A stretch of 64,000 bases of DNA from an uncultured Clostridia bacterium (GTDB lineage: Bacteria; Bacillota; Clostridia; Lachnospirales; Anaerotignaceae). The DNA lies in contig CALWGC010000022.1 of the NCBI GenBank assembly GCA_944378105.1, positions 96,944 through 160,943 of the forward strand, written 5' to 3'. The translations under genes were made by a program, and so were the position numbers. This document shows, in pieces, positions 54,938 through 64,000 of this stretch (within the stretch, counting starts at the first letter, position 1; each line of letters starts with the position of its first letter). Below the pieces are notes generated by a model that was not told the origin of the DNA, did not search any database, and saw nothing but the letters and a program-made list of their open reading frames with translations.

Positions 54938-56875
54938 CTACTTTTCTTTTAATGTAATCTGCACCTTCTGCCCGCGGTTGACCACTTCTCCGGCCCGGGG
55001 AAATTGGGAGGCAATCTCTTCTCCTTCTCCGCTTACTTCCACCGTCAAACCGCTTTCTTCCAGTATTTTCTTTCCTTCCAAAAAGTATACTCCTGTCACA
55101 TTGGGTACGGTCACTTTTGTCTCTGCCTGATACGTTTCTTCTTGTTCCACACCCAGCACCGGCAAAACCGCCTGCAAAAACTCGTTCATCACAGGACCTG
55201 CCACACTGCCGCCGTAATACGTCCCCTCTGGCTCGTCAATCAAAAGCAGCGCCATCATGGTCGGCTCGTCGGCTGGGGCAAAGGCCAAAAAGGAGGCGAT
55301 GTATTTCCCGCTTTTACGGGGCAATTTTTCACTGGTGGCCGTTTTTCCGCCAATGCGATAGCCTTCGATGGCAGCCTTATTACCTGTGCCTTCGGCCACA
55401 ACGCTTTCCAAAATGGTCCGCATTTGTTCGCTGACTTCGGCAGAAAGAATCTGCGTTTTTTCCCCATGGGTCAGTTCCGTCACCGTCCCATCGGCACTTT
55501 CCAACGAAAGTCCCAAATGGGGTGTCACCAAGTACCCGCCGTTGACGGCCGCGGCCGCCGCCCGCAACAGTTGCAGCGGCGTAATTTGAAACCCCTGCCC
55601 AAAGGAATAGGTGGCCAATTCCACCGGGCCCATGTCTTCCTGCTTGTGTAAAATCCCAACGGCTTCCCCGGCCAAATCAATGCCCGTTTTCTCCAACAAC
55701 CCAAACTTTTCTAAGTACGGATAAAACACATCCACGCCCATCCGTTCTGCCACGGCCATAAAGACCGGGTTACAACTGTTTTGCACCCCTTCCACAAAGC
55801 TTTGGGAGCCATGGGAACGGGGATAGCGCCAGCATTTGATGGTGCGGCCGCCGGTGGTATAGCTGCCGTTACAAAAAAACTGGCTTTCCGGCGTGATGAC
55901 GCCGGAGGAAAGGCCGGCACAGGAGGTGATGATTTTAAAGGTACTGCCCGGCTCATAGGTGTCGCTGATGGCGTCGTTACGCCACATTTGGTTGAGGGCT
56001 TCCATCTGTTCTTCGGCCGAAAGGCTTTCCCATTGGGCCGCCACTTCCGGATCGGTCACCGTAAAGGGATCGTTTAAATCAAAAGTGGGCTCATTGGCCA
56101 TGGCATAAATTTCGCCATTTTGGGGGTTTAGCACAATCAGCGTGCCGCCTTTGGCGTTTTTGGCCTCCACGGCTTTTTTTAACGTCTGCTCCGCATATTG
56201 CTGGACCGTCACATCCAAAGACGTGCGCAAGGTTTGGCCGTTTTGGGGTGCAATACGGACAACCTCGTCGCTGACCGTCAGGCCCCGGCTATCGGTCTCT
56301 GTCAAAATCTTTCCCTGCTCGCCTGTTAAAACATCATTATACTTGGCTTCCAGGCCCAAAATTCCCTGGTTGTCTTTCCCCACAAATCCAATGACCTGGG
56401 CCGCCAAAGAGCCACAGGGATAGACCCGCTTCACATCTTCATCCACCACAACGCCAGGCAAATCGGCCTCGCGAATCCTTTGGGCCACCTCCGGCTCCAC
56501 TTTGGACTCAATGCGAACCAGCGCCACTTTTTGACGCACTTTTTCCAGTACCGTCTCATAGTCCAGTTCCAGCATTTGGCTTAAAAACTGGGCCGTTTCT
56601 TCCTTTTCTTTCACCTGCACCGGAATGACGCTGACGGCACAAACGGAACGGTTATCGGCGATGGGCACGCCGTTACGGTCGGTGATGTCTCCGCGCAGCG
56701 GTGTCAAAAGCCGGTCCCTCGTTTGCTGTTCATAGGCCATTTCCTGTAACCAAGCCGCCCGGAATAGCTGTAAATACCCGATGCGGCAAAGAAGTCCCAC
56801 TGCTGTCACCACAAAGCAAGCAAACAACAGTAAGACTCTTCTTTGCATCCAAATGTTCGTTTTTTCCTGCCACAA
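54938..56875 (-). CDS. Class B penicillin-binding protein with one C-terminal PASTA domain (SpoVD-like position)
   Basis: 645 aa with an N-terminal TM anchor. STFK (res 311-314), SCN (367-369) and KTA instead of KTG (511-513). TTG start 9 nt after AGGAG. Confidence 0.9.
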   Translation of the reverse strand: MWQEKTNIWMQRRVLLLFACFVVTAVGLLCRIGYLQLFRAAWLQEMAYEQQTRDRLLTPLRGDITDRNGVPIADNRSVCAVSVIPVQVKEKEETAQFLSQMLELDYETVLEKVRQKVALVRIESKVEPEVAQRIREADLPGVVVDEDVKRVYPCGSLAAQVIGFVGKDNQGILGLEAKYNDVLTGEQGKILTETDSRGLTVSDEVVRIAPQNGQTLRTSLDVTVQQYAEQTLKKAVEAKNAKGGTLIVLNPQNGEIYAMANEPTFDLNDPFTVTDPEVAAQWESLSAEEQMEALNQMWRNDAISDTYEPGSTFKIITSCAGLSSGVITPESQFFCNGSYTTGGRTIKCWRYPRSHGSQSFVEGVQNSCNPVFMAVAERMGVDVFYPYLEKFGLLEKTGIDLAGEAVGILHKQEDMGPVELATYSFGQGFQITPLQLLRAAAAAVNGGYLVTPHLGLSLESADGTVTELTHGEKTQILSAEVSEQMRTILESVVAEGTGNKAAIEGYRIGGKTATSEKLPRKSGKYIASFLAFAPADEPTMMALLLIDEPEGTYYGGSVAGPVMNEFLQAVLPVLGVEQEETYQAETKVTVPNVTGVYFLEGKKILEESGLTVEVSGEGEEIASQFPRAGEVVNRGQKVQITLKEK

Positions 56876-56978
56876 AGAAGATCTGCTCCTTTTTTTGTTT
56901 CATTCTATGAAACAAGTGGGGCAAGATATGCCCTTCTTGGCAGGGGTGGCTTGTTTTCCTCTGTTCAAACAAGCTGCG

Positions 56979-59276
56979 TTAAGGCGAAGCGGCAGTACTT
57001 TGGGCTGTTTGTGTTGCTTCTGCCGTCTCTTCCGTTTCCTCTGTCTCTTCTTCCGGCAACGAAAGGGTCACTTGCACGGTGCTGCCTTCTTCCACCGTCA
57101 CGCCATATTGCGGCGAGGTGGCCGAAACCACGCCCCCTTCTTCGCCCAAAAATTCTGCCATCAGCCCGGCATCCACCAAAGCCGTCATGGCCTCTTCTTT
57201 GGTCATCCCTTTCACATCGGGCACCACAATATTGCCGGTTTCACCTTCGCCTTTTTCCACATACAAAATCACGTGGCTGCCTTCTTCCACCTCCACGGGC
57301 CCGTGGGGCGCTTGGTTAACAACGGAGTTGCCGCTGCCCACCACTTCATAGGTCAATCCCTTGGCATCCAGCTCTGTCAGCACATCAAACAATGTTCCGC
57401 CGGTATAATCTTCCACCGTCGTTTTTGCCACATCATTGGTGATGGTGTTTTCTGCTTCATAATCGGGCTCAATGCCTTTATACTGGATGATTTTTTCCAG
57501 CAAGTCCTTCATGGCCGGAGCCACGGTGGTCACACCGTCGGCATAGCTTTCCGGCTTATGAATCAATGCCAAAGCCAGGTATTGTGGGTTTTCTGTCGGC
57601 AAAAAGGCCATAAAAGAAACCGTATATTGTCTTGGTACCGTTCTGCCCTGCTCTGCCGTACCAGTTTTGCCGCCGAAGGTATAGCCTTCGATTTTTGCTT
57701 TTTTACCGGTACCTACTTCCACCGTCTGAATCATATCCCGGCGCACAATATCGCTGGTTTCTTGGGAAATCACTTTGCGCACCACTTCCGGCTTCGTTTC
57801 CGAAACCACATTGCCATCTTGGTCCAGTACTTGGCTAACCACATAAGGACGCATCAAATTGCCGCCGTTGATGACGGCTGCAAAGGCATTGATGCATTGC
57901 AGCGCCGTGGCATTAAAACTTTGGCCAAAGCTCATGGTGGCCAACTGCGTAGGCCCAATTTCTCCCACGTCATACATCAGCGCCTGTAAACTTTCTTCCG
58001 ATGGTTCCCCCGGCAAGTCGATGCCGGTGGGCGACCCAAAGCCAAAATCCCGCTGATAGCGGTAGAAAGTTTCTGCACCCATTTTTTCTGCAATATCCAT
58101 CAAAGCCACGTTACAAGACTGGGCCAAGGCGCCAGCCACATCCAGCGTGCCATGGCCGCTTCTTAAGTGGCAACCGATGGAATAGTCGGCCACTTGCTTA
58201 TAGCCTTGGCAATAGAACGTATCTGTGTTTTTGATGATGCCTTCTTCCAAGGCCGCCGCCACGGTGATGGGTTTAAAAATGGAGCCTGGTTCAAAAGTGG
58301 AAGAAACATTAAAGTTCTTCCAAACGCTATTTAAATATTCATACTGGGCCTCTGTGTCCATGGTTTCCCACATCTGGGCAAAGGCTTCGCTTTCCATGGC
58401 CAAAGGAACCGTCGGGTGATTGGGATCAAAGCCCGGGCCTGCGGCCATGGCCAAAATTTCACCGGTGTTGGGGTCCATGACAATACAAGCGGCGTTTTCC
58501 GGGTTATAGTCTGCCATCATGTCGCTGACAGCCTGTTCGGCAAAGGTTTGGATGTTATAATCGAGCGTCGTGACAACGGTGTTACCGTCTTGGGCCGGAA
58601 TTTCCTGGGCCACGGTGCCATTGGTGCCGTCATAGGTCAAGTAGGCCCGGCCTGGCACACCGCTCATTTCCTTATTATAGGTGTTTTCCAATCCCCAAAA
58701 CGTATCCCGTTGAAACCCAATCACCTGGGCCGCCAAGGACCCTGCGGGGTAACTGCGCTTGGTATCTTTTTGATACACCACACCTTTCAGGTCTTGGGCT
58801 TCCAGTGCTTCTTTCACTTCTCTTGGCTGAAGCTTGGCCAATACCTTCCAGCTGGTGTCTAAGGCCGGTGTATTGTTTTCCTCATCCACAATCACCGTAT
58901 AGCTTTTCAACGTATCATAGTCCACCCCTTCCAGTGCTTCCGAAAGGGCATGCAACGTTTTTTCCTGTTCTTCCATATCAAACTGGACCAAAACCCGCAC
59001 GTCCAGCACAATGTTATAAACCGTAGAGCTGACGGCCAAGGGCTGGTTATTGCGGTCGGTGATGGTGCCGCGGTTGGGGTTAATGGTTTCGTCATAGCTG
59101 GAAACTTGTTGGTTTTTTGCTGCCGTCTCATACTCTTCGCCGTGGACCACCTTTAAATAAAGCACCCGGCAGGCCAGGGCGAAAAAGACCAGAAAAAGCA
59201 TAAAAAGAATAAAAACCAAACGGCCCTTGGCCTGATTTTTGGCTTTTATTCTTTGAGGATTTCGCATATACATCAT
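56979..59276 (-). CDS. Class B penicillin-binding protein with two PASTA domains (FtsI/PBP2B-like position)
   Basis: 765 aa with an N-terminal TM anchor. SIFK, SCN and KTGT motifs. C-terminal PASTA repeats and a Glu/Thr-rich tail. Confidence 0.9.
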   Translation of the reverse strand: MMYMRNPQRIKAKNQAKGRLVFILFMLFLVFFALACRVLYLKVVHGEEYETAAKNQQVSSYDETINPNRGTITDRNNQPLAVSSTVYNIVLDVRVLVQFDMEEQEKTLHALSEALEGVDYDTLKSYTVIVDEENNTPALDTSWKVLAKLQPREVKEALEAQDLKGVVYQKDTKRSYPAGSLAAQVIGFQRDTFWGLENTYNKEMSGVPGRAYLTYDGTNGTVAQEIPAQDGNTVVTTLDYNIQTFAEQAVSDMMADYNPENAACIVMDPNTGEILAMAAGPGFDPNHPTVPLAMESEAFAQMWETMDTEAQYEYLNSVWKNFNVSSTFEPGSIFKPITVAAALEEGIIKNTDTFYCQGYKQVADYSIGCHLRSGHGTLDVAGALAQSCNVALMDIAEKMGAETFYRYQRDFGFGSPTGIDLPGEPSEESLQALMYDVGEIGPTQLATMSFGQSFNATALQCINAFAAVINGGNLMRPYVVSQVLDQDGNVVSETKPEVVRKVISQETSDIVRRDMIQTVEVGTGKKAKIEGYTFGGKTGTAEQGRTVPRQYTVSFMAFLPTENPQYLALALIHKPESYADGVTTVAPAMKDLLEKIIQYKGIEPDYEAENTITNDVAKTTVEDYTGGTLFDVLTELDAKGLTYEVVGSGNSVVNQAPHGPVEVEEGSHVILYVEKGEGETGNIVVPDVKGMTKEEAMTALVDAGLMAEFLGEEGGVVSATSPQYGVTVEEGSTVQVTLSLPEEETEETEETAEATQTAQSTAASP

Positions 59277-59320
59277 TCCTTCATCGTTGCTGCTCCCCGC
59301 AAAGAATGCGGGGAGACGAG

Positions 59321-59842
59321 TTATTCAAAAATCTGAAGCAAAGAAGACAAAGAAAAGCCTTCTTCTTCCTCTTCCGGCGCCGAAGCCACGTCATATTGCA
59401 CCGTATAGCTTTCTTTTGGCACCGAGATATACATAATCTGATAAGGCTGTGGTTCTGCCATACCAAGGCGTGTGGTTGCTTGTTCTTCGATGTATTCCAG
59501 ATCAATTTTTTCTGCCAATTCCGTTTCGATGGTATGGTTTTGGCTTTTGAGCGCAATAATCTGGGCATTTAAGTCCTGATTGGTCACCCGCTGACGAGAA
59601 ACGGCGGCCACGGAAGACATACACAAAAAACATCCGGCAAACACCACGGCGGCGGCACAGATATATTTCAAAACATGGACATGCCGTTCTTGCCGTTCTG
59701 CTTTGGATTCTTGATATACACTTCTGCGGCGGCGTCTGGGCTGTGGTATGGCCTGCTCCTGTGGCCAATCATAGGCGTACGCATTGCTGCTGGTATTATA
59801 TTCCGATGCACTTGGTTGGAAATTTCTTCGATACTGGGCCAA
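59321..59842 (-). CDS. ftsL: FtsL-like cell division protein (bitopic, coiled-coil)
   Basis: 173 aa. Basic N-terminus, one TM (YICAAAVVFAGCFLCMSSV), then a coiled-coil-like segment. Sits in the conserved slot between rsmH and the PBP gene. Assignment is mainly positional. Confidence 0.6.
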   Translation of the reverse strand: MAQYRRNFQPSASEYNTSSNAYAYDWPQEQAIPQPRRRRRSVYQESKAERQERHVHVLKYICAAAVVFAGCFLCMSSVAAVSRQRVTNQDLNAQIIALKSQNHTIETELAEKIDLEYIEEQATTRLGMAEPQPYQIMYISVPKESYTVQYDVASAPEEEEEGFSLSSLLQIFE

Positions 59843-59861
59843 TGGTCGTTCCCTCTCTCTA

Positions 59862-60794
59862 TTAGATTCGCTCTAAAACGCGCAGTTTTGCGCTTCTGGC
59901 GCGGTGATTTTGCTCCAATTCTTCTGCCGAAGGCAAAATCGGCTTTCTCGTCATCACCTTGGCCAGAGGCACCTTGCCACACACGCACACCGGAAACTCC
60001 GGCGGGCAGGTACAAGGATTTTCCTGCTTACGAAATGCATTTTTGACAATGCGGTCTTCCAAAGAATGGAAGGTGATGATGGCCAGACGGCCACCCACGT
60101 TTAAATGTTTTGTCATGGCATCAATGGTGCGTTCCAAGATTTCCAATTCGCCGTTGACTTCAATGCGGATCGCCTGAAAGGTTCGCTTGGCCGGATGCGG
60201 ACCGTCTTTTCTGGCGCCTTTTGGCACGGCTTTTTTGATGATTTCCACCAGTTCAAAGGTGGTTTGGATGGGGGTTTGGGCACGGGCTTGTACAATAAAT
60301 TGGGCAATGCGCTTGGCCCAACGTTCCTCGCCATATTCATAAATGACACGGGCAAGCTCTTCTTCGCTATAGGTGTTGACCACATCATAGGCCGAAAAAT
60401 CGCGCCGCTCGTCCATCCGCATATCCAAAGGGGCATCTTGCATATAGCTAAACCCCCGTTCGGCTGTATCTAATTGATAGCTGGATACGCCAATATCCAG
60501 CAAAAAGCCATCCACTTTTTCAATCCCAAGCTGGTCCAATATGGTTTCCACATGGGAAAAATTATCGTTAACGAAAGTGACCTTGTCCAAAAATGGTGCC
60601 AAGTGCTCTTTGGCGGCGCAGATAGCGTTACTGTCTTGGTCAATACCAATGAGCCGCCCTGTCGTTAAGCGCCGGCAAATTTCATAAGAATGTCCGCCGC
60701 CACCCAGCGTCCCGTCCACATAAATGCCCTCTGGGCGAATGGCCAGGGCCTCGATGGACTCCGAAAGCAATACGGAAATATGATGAAACTCCAT
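59862..60794 (-). CDS. rsmH: 16S rRNA (cytosine1402-N4)-methyltransferase
   Basis: 310 aa. [19 protein letters not shown] and [10 protein letters not shown]-like ([10 protein letters not shown]) motifs. Confidence 0.95.
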   Translation of the reverse strand: MEFHHISVLLSESIEALAIRPEGIYVDGTLGGGGHSYEICRRLTTGRLIGIDQDSNAICAAKEHLAPFLDKVTFVNDNFSHVETILDQLGIEKVDGFLLDIGVSSYQLDTAERGFSYMQDAPLDMRMDERRDFSAYDVVNTYSEEELARVIYEYGEERWAKRIAQFIVQARAQTPIQTTFELVEIIKKAVPKGARKDGPHPAKRTFQAIRIEVNGELEILERTIDAMTKHLNVGGRLAIITFHSLEDRIVKNAFRKQENPCTCPPEFPVCVCGKVPLAKVMTRKPILPSAEELEQNHRARSAKLRVLERI

Positions 60795-60817
60795 GACTTT
60801 ATTTTCTCCTTTTGGTT

Positions 60818-61249
60818 TTAAATATGAAGCTCTGCCATACGTTCTGCCAGTTCTTGATCCACATAATTTTCTTCATCGTTGTAGGCTTCCCATTTTTCCC
60901 GGTTCCAAATTTCCACCCGGTCGCCCACGCCAATGGAGACAATTTGTTTTTCCAGCTTGGCATATTCCCGCAGCGTTTGCGGAATCAAAATCCGTCCTTG
61001 GCTGTCGATTTCACATTCAATGGCACCCGACATAAAAAAGCGAGCAAATTTTCGTACATCTGCACTGGTCCAAGGCAAGGCCTTCAGTTTTTCCACCAAA
61101 CTGAGCCACCGTTCTTCGGCATACACAAATAAGCAGTTATCCAGTCCCCGGGTGACAATGAATTTTTCACCCAAATCCTCCCGCAATTTGGAGGGGACGA
61201 TGATTCTGCCTTTTGCGTCGATATTATGTTGGTATTCGCCGATAAACAT
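60818..61249 (-). CDS. mraZ: Transcriptional regulator MraZ
   Basis: ORF trimmed to [24 protein letters not shown]. The second SpoVT/AbrB-like repeat is [15 protein letters not shown]. Confidence 0.95.
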   Translation of the reverse strand: MFIGEYQHNIDAKGRIIVPSKLREDLGEKFIVTRGLDNCLFVYAEERWLSLVEKLKALPWTSADVRKFARFFMSGAIECEIDSQGRILIPQTLREYAKLEKQIVSIGVGDRVEIWNREKWEAYNDEENYVDQELAERMAELHI

Positions 61250-61288
61250 TGCCGTCACCACACATTTGTACCAAAAAACATTTTTGCT

Positions 61289-61318
61289 CCACTTTCAACC
61301 ACTTTTAACCACTTGTAA
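61289..61318 (-). promoter_or_regulatory. Three direct MraZ-box-like repeats with 10-bp periodicity
   Basis: On the minus strand: ACAAGTGGTT AAAAGTGGTT GAAAGTGGAG (plus strand CCACTTTCAA CCACTTTTAA CCACTTGTAA). They lie 40-70 nt upstream of the mraZ ATG, directly downstream of the candidate -10. Confidence 0.65.
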
Positions 61319-61322
61319 TCAT

Positions 61323-61351
61323 ATTGTAATATAAATCCCCCACAAATACAA
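61323..61351 (-). promoter_or_regulatory. Candidate sigma-A promoter of the mraZ/dcw operon
   Basis: On the minus strand: TTGTAT (61346-51), 17-nt spacer, TACAAT (61323-28). Confidence 0.5.
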
Positions 61352-61533
61352 GAAAAAACGTAATTTTGTTCAGAAAAATTCCGGCAAAATATGGGAAAAA
61401 CCACGGTTTTCGCCCAGTGGAGGATGGGTGGAGCGTGGTCCCATCTTTCTGCCTTCTTCTCCCTGTTTTCCGTTCCAAATATTGCTATGGTGGCAGAAAA
61501 GAACAGAAAAAGACTCCCTATTTATCGCAATTT

Positions 61534-61569
61534 CCAAGAAGAAAAACAAAAACAATGTTTTCTTCTTGG
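61534..61569. other. Perfect 12-bp inverted repeat / hairpin of unknown function
   Basis: CCAAGAAGAAAA (61534-45) - 12-nt loop - TTTTCTTCTTGG (61558-69). No adjacent U tract on the minus strand. Confidence 0.5.
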
Positions 61570-61599
61570 GAAACCGCTTTTTTGCTTTTTCCTGTTTGG

Positions 61600-61648
61600 C
61601 AATAAAAAAGACAGAAATTTTTTGCATGTTCCAAAAAATTTCTGTCTT
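61600..61648 (-). terminator. Intrinsic terminator after polC
   Basis: 17-bp stem AAGACAGAAATTTTTTG / CAAAAAATTTCTGTCTT, followed by UUUUAUU on the minus strand. Begins 17 nt after the polC stop. Confidence 0.75.
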
Positions 61649-61664
61649 GCTTTTTGATTGTTCT

Positions 61665-64000
61665 TTACATAAATAAACTCAGCTGATTGGTTTCTGGCAA
61701 TCCTTTCAATACGCCATTTTCTTTTAAAAGCTCCACCAGCGTTTTTCCCAAACCCGTCTTTTCTCTAAATTCTTCCTGAGTCTTAAATTCTTCCACCGTC
61801 GATCGACCCTCCACAATGCCCTGGGCCGCCGTAACACCCAGCCCCTGCAGGGAGTTAAAGGGCGGAATGAGGCCGTTTTCGTGGATGATGAATTTTTTTG
61901 CATCAGAACGATACAGGTCGATGGGATAAAACCGAAACCCTCTGGCATAAAATTCGATGACCAGTTCCAACACCGTCAGTTTATTTTTTTCCTTGGCCGT
62001 GGCAGCATTGCCCTTTTCGTATAACTCCTTGGCCGCCGCCCTGGCCACTTCTTCCCCGACGCACATACAACTGTAATCAAAGTCATCGCAGGCGCGGACC
62101 GTGAAATAAGAAGCATAATAGGCCAAAGGATAATTGATTTTAAAATAGGCAATGCGAAACGCCATCATCACATAAGCCGCCGCATGGGCCTTTGGGAACA
62201 TGTACTTGATCTTTAAACAGCTATCGATATACCACTGGGGTACATCGTGTTCTCTCATCAGCGCCATGTCCTCCTCGGCCAAGCCCTTCCCCTTCCGCAC
62301 CTTTTCCATGATTTTAAAGGCCGGCTTATTGGGCACGCCTTTGGTAATCAAGTACCCCATGATGCTGTCACGGGTGGAAATGGTTTCTTTTAGGGTGATG
62401 GTGCCGTTTGCGATGAGGTCGGCGGCGTTATTGATCCACACGTCGGTGCCGTGGGAAAGGCCAGAAATGCGCAGCAAGTCGGAAAAGGTTTTGGGCTTGG
62501 TGTCCAACAACATTTGCCGCACAAACTTGGTCCCAAATTCTGGAATGCCCAACGTTCCCGTTTCACAGTTAATCTGGTCCCCCGTCACCCCCAAGGCCTT
62601 TGGGCTTTCAAACAGGGACATGGTTTCTTTATCATCCAGTTTCACTGACTGGGGGTTCACACCCGTCAAGTCGTAAAGCATACGAATGACGGTGGGATCG
62701 TCATGGCCCAGCAAGTCCAGCTTCAGCAGACGGCCGGAAATGGAATGATAATCAAAATGGGTGGTAATGATGGTGCTGTTGACATCATCGGCCGGGTGCT
62801 GGATGGGGCAAAACTCGCAAATGTCGTGGTCGCGAGGCACCACCATCAGCCCGCCGGGATGCTGGCCTGTGGTCCGTTTGATGCCGGTGCAGCCATCGGC
62901 CAGACGGCGCATTTCGGCGTTATGGGCCACCCGGCCCTTTTCTTCCATATACTTTAACACAAACCCATAGGCCGTTTTATCGGCCAATGTGCCGATGGTG
63001 CCGGCTTTAAAGACCTTGCCCTTGCCGAAAAGCTCTTCTGTATAGGCATGGGCCTGCTGTTGATATTCGCCGGAAAAGTTCAAGTCGATATCCGGCTCCT
63101 TGTCCCCTTCAAAGCCCAGGAAGGTTTCAAAGGGAATGTCATGGCCTTCTTTGTTTAAAGGCGTCCCGCAGACCGGGCAAATGGCATCGGGCATGTCGCA
63201 GCCGCTACCGCCTTCCATGTACGTCTGATGCACCACTTCGCTTTCAAAATCGGAATATTTACAGTTGGGGCACAGATAATGGGGAGGCAGCGGATTTACC
63301 TCCGTAATACCGGCCATGGTGGCGGCAAAGGAGGAACCAACGGAGCCACGGCTCCCCACCAAATACCCATGGTCCACAGAGTTCCACACCAATTTTTGGG
63401 CGATGATATAAAGCACGGCATAGCCGTTTGAAATGATGGAATTCAGTTCCCGGTCCAGCCGTTTTTGCACAATCTCCGGCAAAGGGTCGCCGTAAAGGCT
63501 ATGGGCCTTGGTGGTGGTGATATTGCGCAAGTCGTCGTCGGCGCCGTCGATGCGGGGCGGGAAGGTGCCATCGGGAATAGGCTTGATTTTTTCAATCCAG
63601 CTAGCCACCAAATTGGTATTGGTCACCACCACTTCATAGGCCTTTTCCTCGCCCAGGTATTGAAATTCTTCCAACATTTCTTCTGTAGTACGAAAATACA
63701 GCGGTGCCTGGTTATCGGCATCGGAAAAGCCTTCGGCGTTCATGATAATCCGGCGATAGTCGGCCCCTTCCGGGTCGATGAAATGGCAGTCGCAAGTGGC
63801 CACCACCGGCTTGTGGTGCTTTTCGCCCAAGGCAATGATTTTGCGATTGAAATTTTTGATGTCCTCCATGGACTGCACCGCATCCACTTTCGGGGAGGCA
63901 ATCATAAATTTATTGTTACCCAAAGGCTGAATTTCCAGATAGTCATAAAAGCCCACCAAGTTGTCAATGACTTCCTGGGGTTTTTCATCCAACAAAGCGC
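61665..64000 (-). CDS. polC: PolC-type DNA polymerase III alpha subunit. C-terminal ~778 aa only; the gene continues beyond the right edge.
   Basis: Open frame to the window edge. PolC catalytic-core and C-terminal motifs ([30 protein letters not shown] zinc module, [23 protein letters not shown]-terminal NQLSLF). Confidence 0.95.
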   Translation of the reverse strand, partial: ALLDEKPQEVIDNLVGFYDYLEIQPLGNNKFMIASPKVDAVQSMEDIKNFNRKIIALGEKHHKPVVATCDCHFIDPEGADYRRIIMNAEGFSDADNQAPLYFRTTEEMLEEFQYLGEEKAYEVVVTNTNLVASWIEKIKPIPDGTFPPRIDGADDDLRNITTTKAHSLYGDPLPEIVQKRLDRELNSIISNGYAVLYIIAQKLVWNSVDHGYLVGSRGSVGSSFAATMAGITEVNPLPPHYLCPNCKYSDFESEVVHQTYMEGGSGCDMPDAICPVCGTPLNKEGHDIPFETFLGFEGDKEPDIDLNFSGEYQQQAHAYTEELFGKGKVFKAGTIGTLADKTAYGFVLKYMEEKGRVAHNAEMRRLADGCTGIKRTTGQHPGGLMVVPRDHDICEFCPIQHPADDVNSTIITTHFDYHSISGRLLKLDLLGHDDPTVIRMLYDLTGVNPQSVKLDDKETMSLFESPKALGVTGDQINCETGTLGIPEFGTKFVRQMLLDTKPKTFSDLLRISGLSHGTDVWINNAADLIANGTITLKETISTRDSIMGYLITKGVPNKPAFKIMEKVRKGKGLAEEDMALMREHDVPQWYIDSCLKIKYMFPKAHAAAYVMMAFRIAYFKINYPLAYYASYFTVRACDDFDYSCMCVGEEVARAAAKELYEKGNAATAKEKNKLTVLELVIEFYARGFRFYPIDLYRSDAKKFIIHENGLIPPFNSLQGLGVTAAQGIVEGRSTVEEFKTQEEFREKTGLGKTLVELLKENGVLKGLPETNQLSLFM

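Noticed and set aside
56781-57989. A 402-aa plus-strand ORF antisense to the 765-aa PBP gene. Similar shadow ORFs occur at 11083-12102 (potA), 20403-21275 (uxaA), 22499-23410 (tlpA-like), 2959-3705 and 3626-4366 (lon/rimI), 45698-46624 (SIMPL), 43740-44459 (radical SAM) and 55004-55651 (PBP).
   Set aside because: All lie entirely inside well-supported genes on the other strand. They have H/F/G/R-rich compositions, lack an RBS and show no family resemblance. They are typical antisense-frame artefacts.
61366-61676. Four mutually overlapping 79-88-aa ORFs on both strands in the polC-mraZ spacer.
   Set aside because: They are mutually exclusive, poly-F/K-rich and lack an RBS. They run through the polC terminator hairpin.
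1-64000. A search by eye for CRISPR repeats, IS elements or transposases, integrases, prophage genes, rRNA, tRNA, tmRNA, RNase P or SRP RNA signatures.
   Set aside because: I found none. All gaps longer than 200 bp were read on both strands and contain only promoters, terminators, the T-box and the unexplained leaders listed under findings. A computational scan (tRNAscan-SE, Infernal, CRISPR finders) would be needed to make this negative result definitive.

Overview
By gene content this is a housekeeping chromosomal segment from a Firmicutes/Clostridia-type genome: PolC, a T-box upstream of tyrS, MecA, a dcw cluster with tandem class B PBPs and an FtsW/SpoVE-type gene, and strong GGAGG ribosome-binding sites. 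I support about 60 protein genes, roughly 75% of them on the minus strand. Left to right they are:
- a CobO-like fragment, a small protein, and a tandem-OB SSB-like protein
- an operon of hypothetical membrane protein, tsaE, tsaB, rimI and a Lon-like protease
- a GntP permease
- an XRE/cupin regulator plus potABCD
- HAD hydrolase, ABC-F ATPase, HD protein, and a MATE exporter
- aminotransferase, PdxA-family dehydrogenase, and a split UxaA dehydratase
- a thioredoxin-like lipoprotein, a 45-aa CXXC mini-protein and a NapH-like 4Fe-4S membrane protein
- a processive GT2 synthase and a large membrane protein
- MecA and a DUF4397-like protein
- an asparaginase, VOC and His/Cys-tailed protein operon
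- SfsA, a small basic protein, two GNATs, a 2-hydroxyacid dehydrogenase, a THUMP methyltransferase, a YerC-like protein and a zinc-ribbon protein
- a PflX-like radical SAM protein plus PepT
- T-box-tyrS, PNP and a DJ-1/PfpI protein
- a TetR regulator plus a radical SAM protein, a SIMPL protein and HtrA
- the dcw cluster (mraZ-rsmH-ftsL-PBP-PBP-murE-murF-mraY-murD-ftsW)
- the 3' part of polC

I saw no rRNA, tRNA, CRISPR array, transposase, integrase or recognisable defence system. Most of the window is ordinary. The items most worth a second look are:
1. The tlpA-like / CD1871A-type CXXC peptide / NapH-like Fe-S operon (22.3-24.4 kb), which could be an extracytoplasmic thiol-redox relay.
2. A ~175-aa insertion of two internal repeats inside the C-terminal domain of the cytoplasmic PotA ATPase.
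3. A large helical protein with a DGCTCG/His-rich tail, co-operonic with a VOC/glyoxalase-type metalloenzyme.
4. A promoter-leader-terminator unit in front of a small basic ORF that seems to need a non-canonical start codon.

All family assignments come from reading motifs by eye, with no database search. Promoter and terminator calls are consensus and hairpin inspection only.
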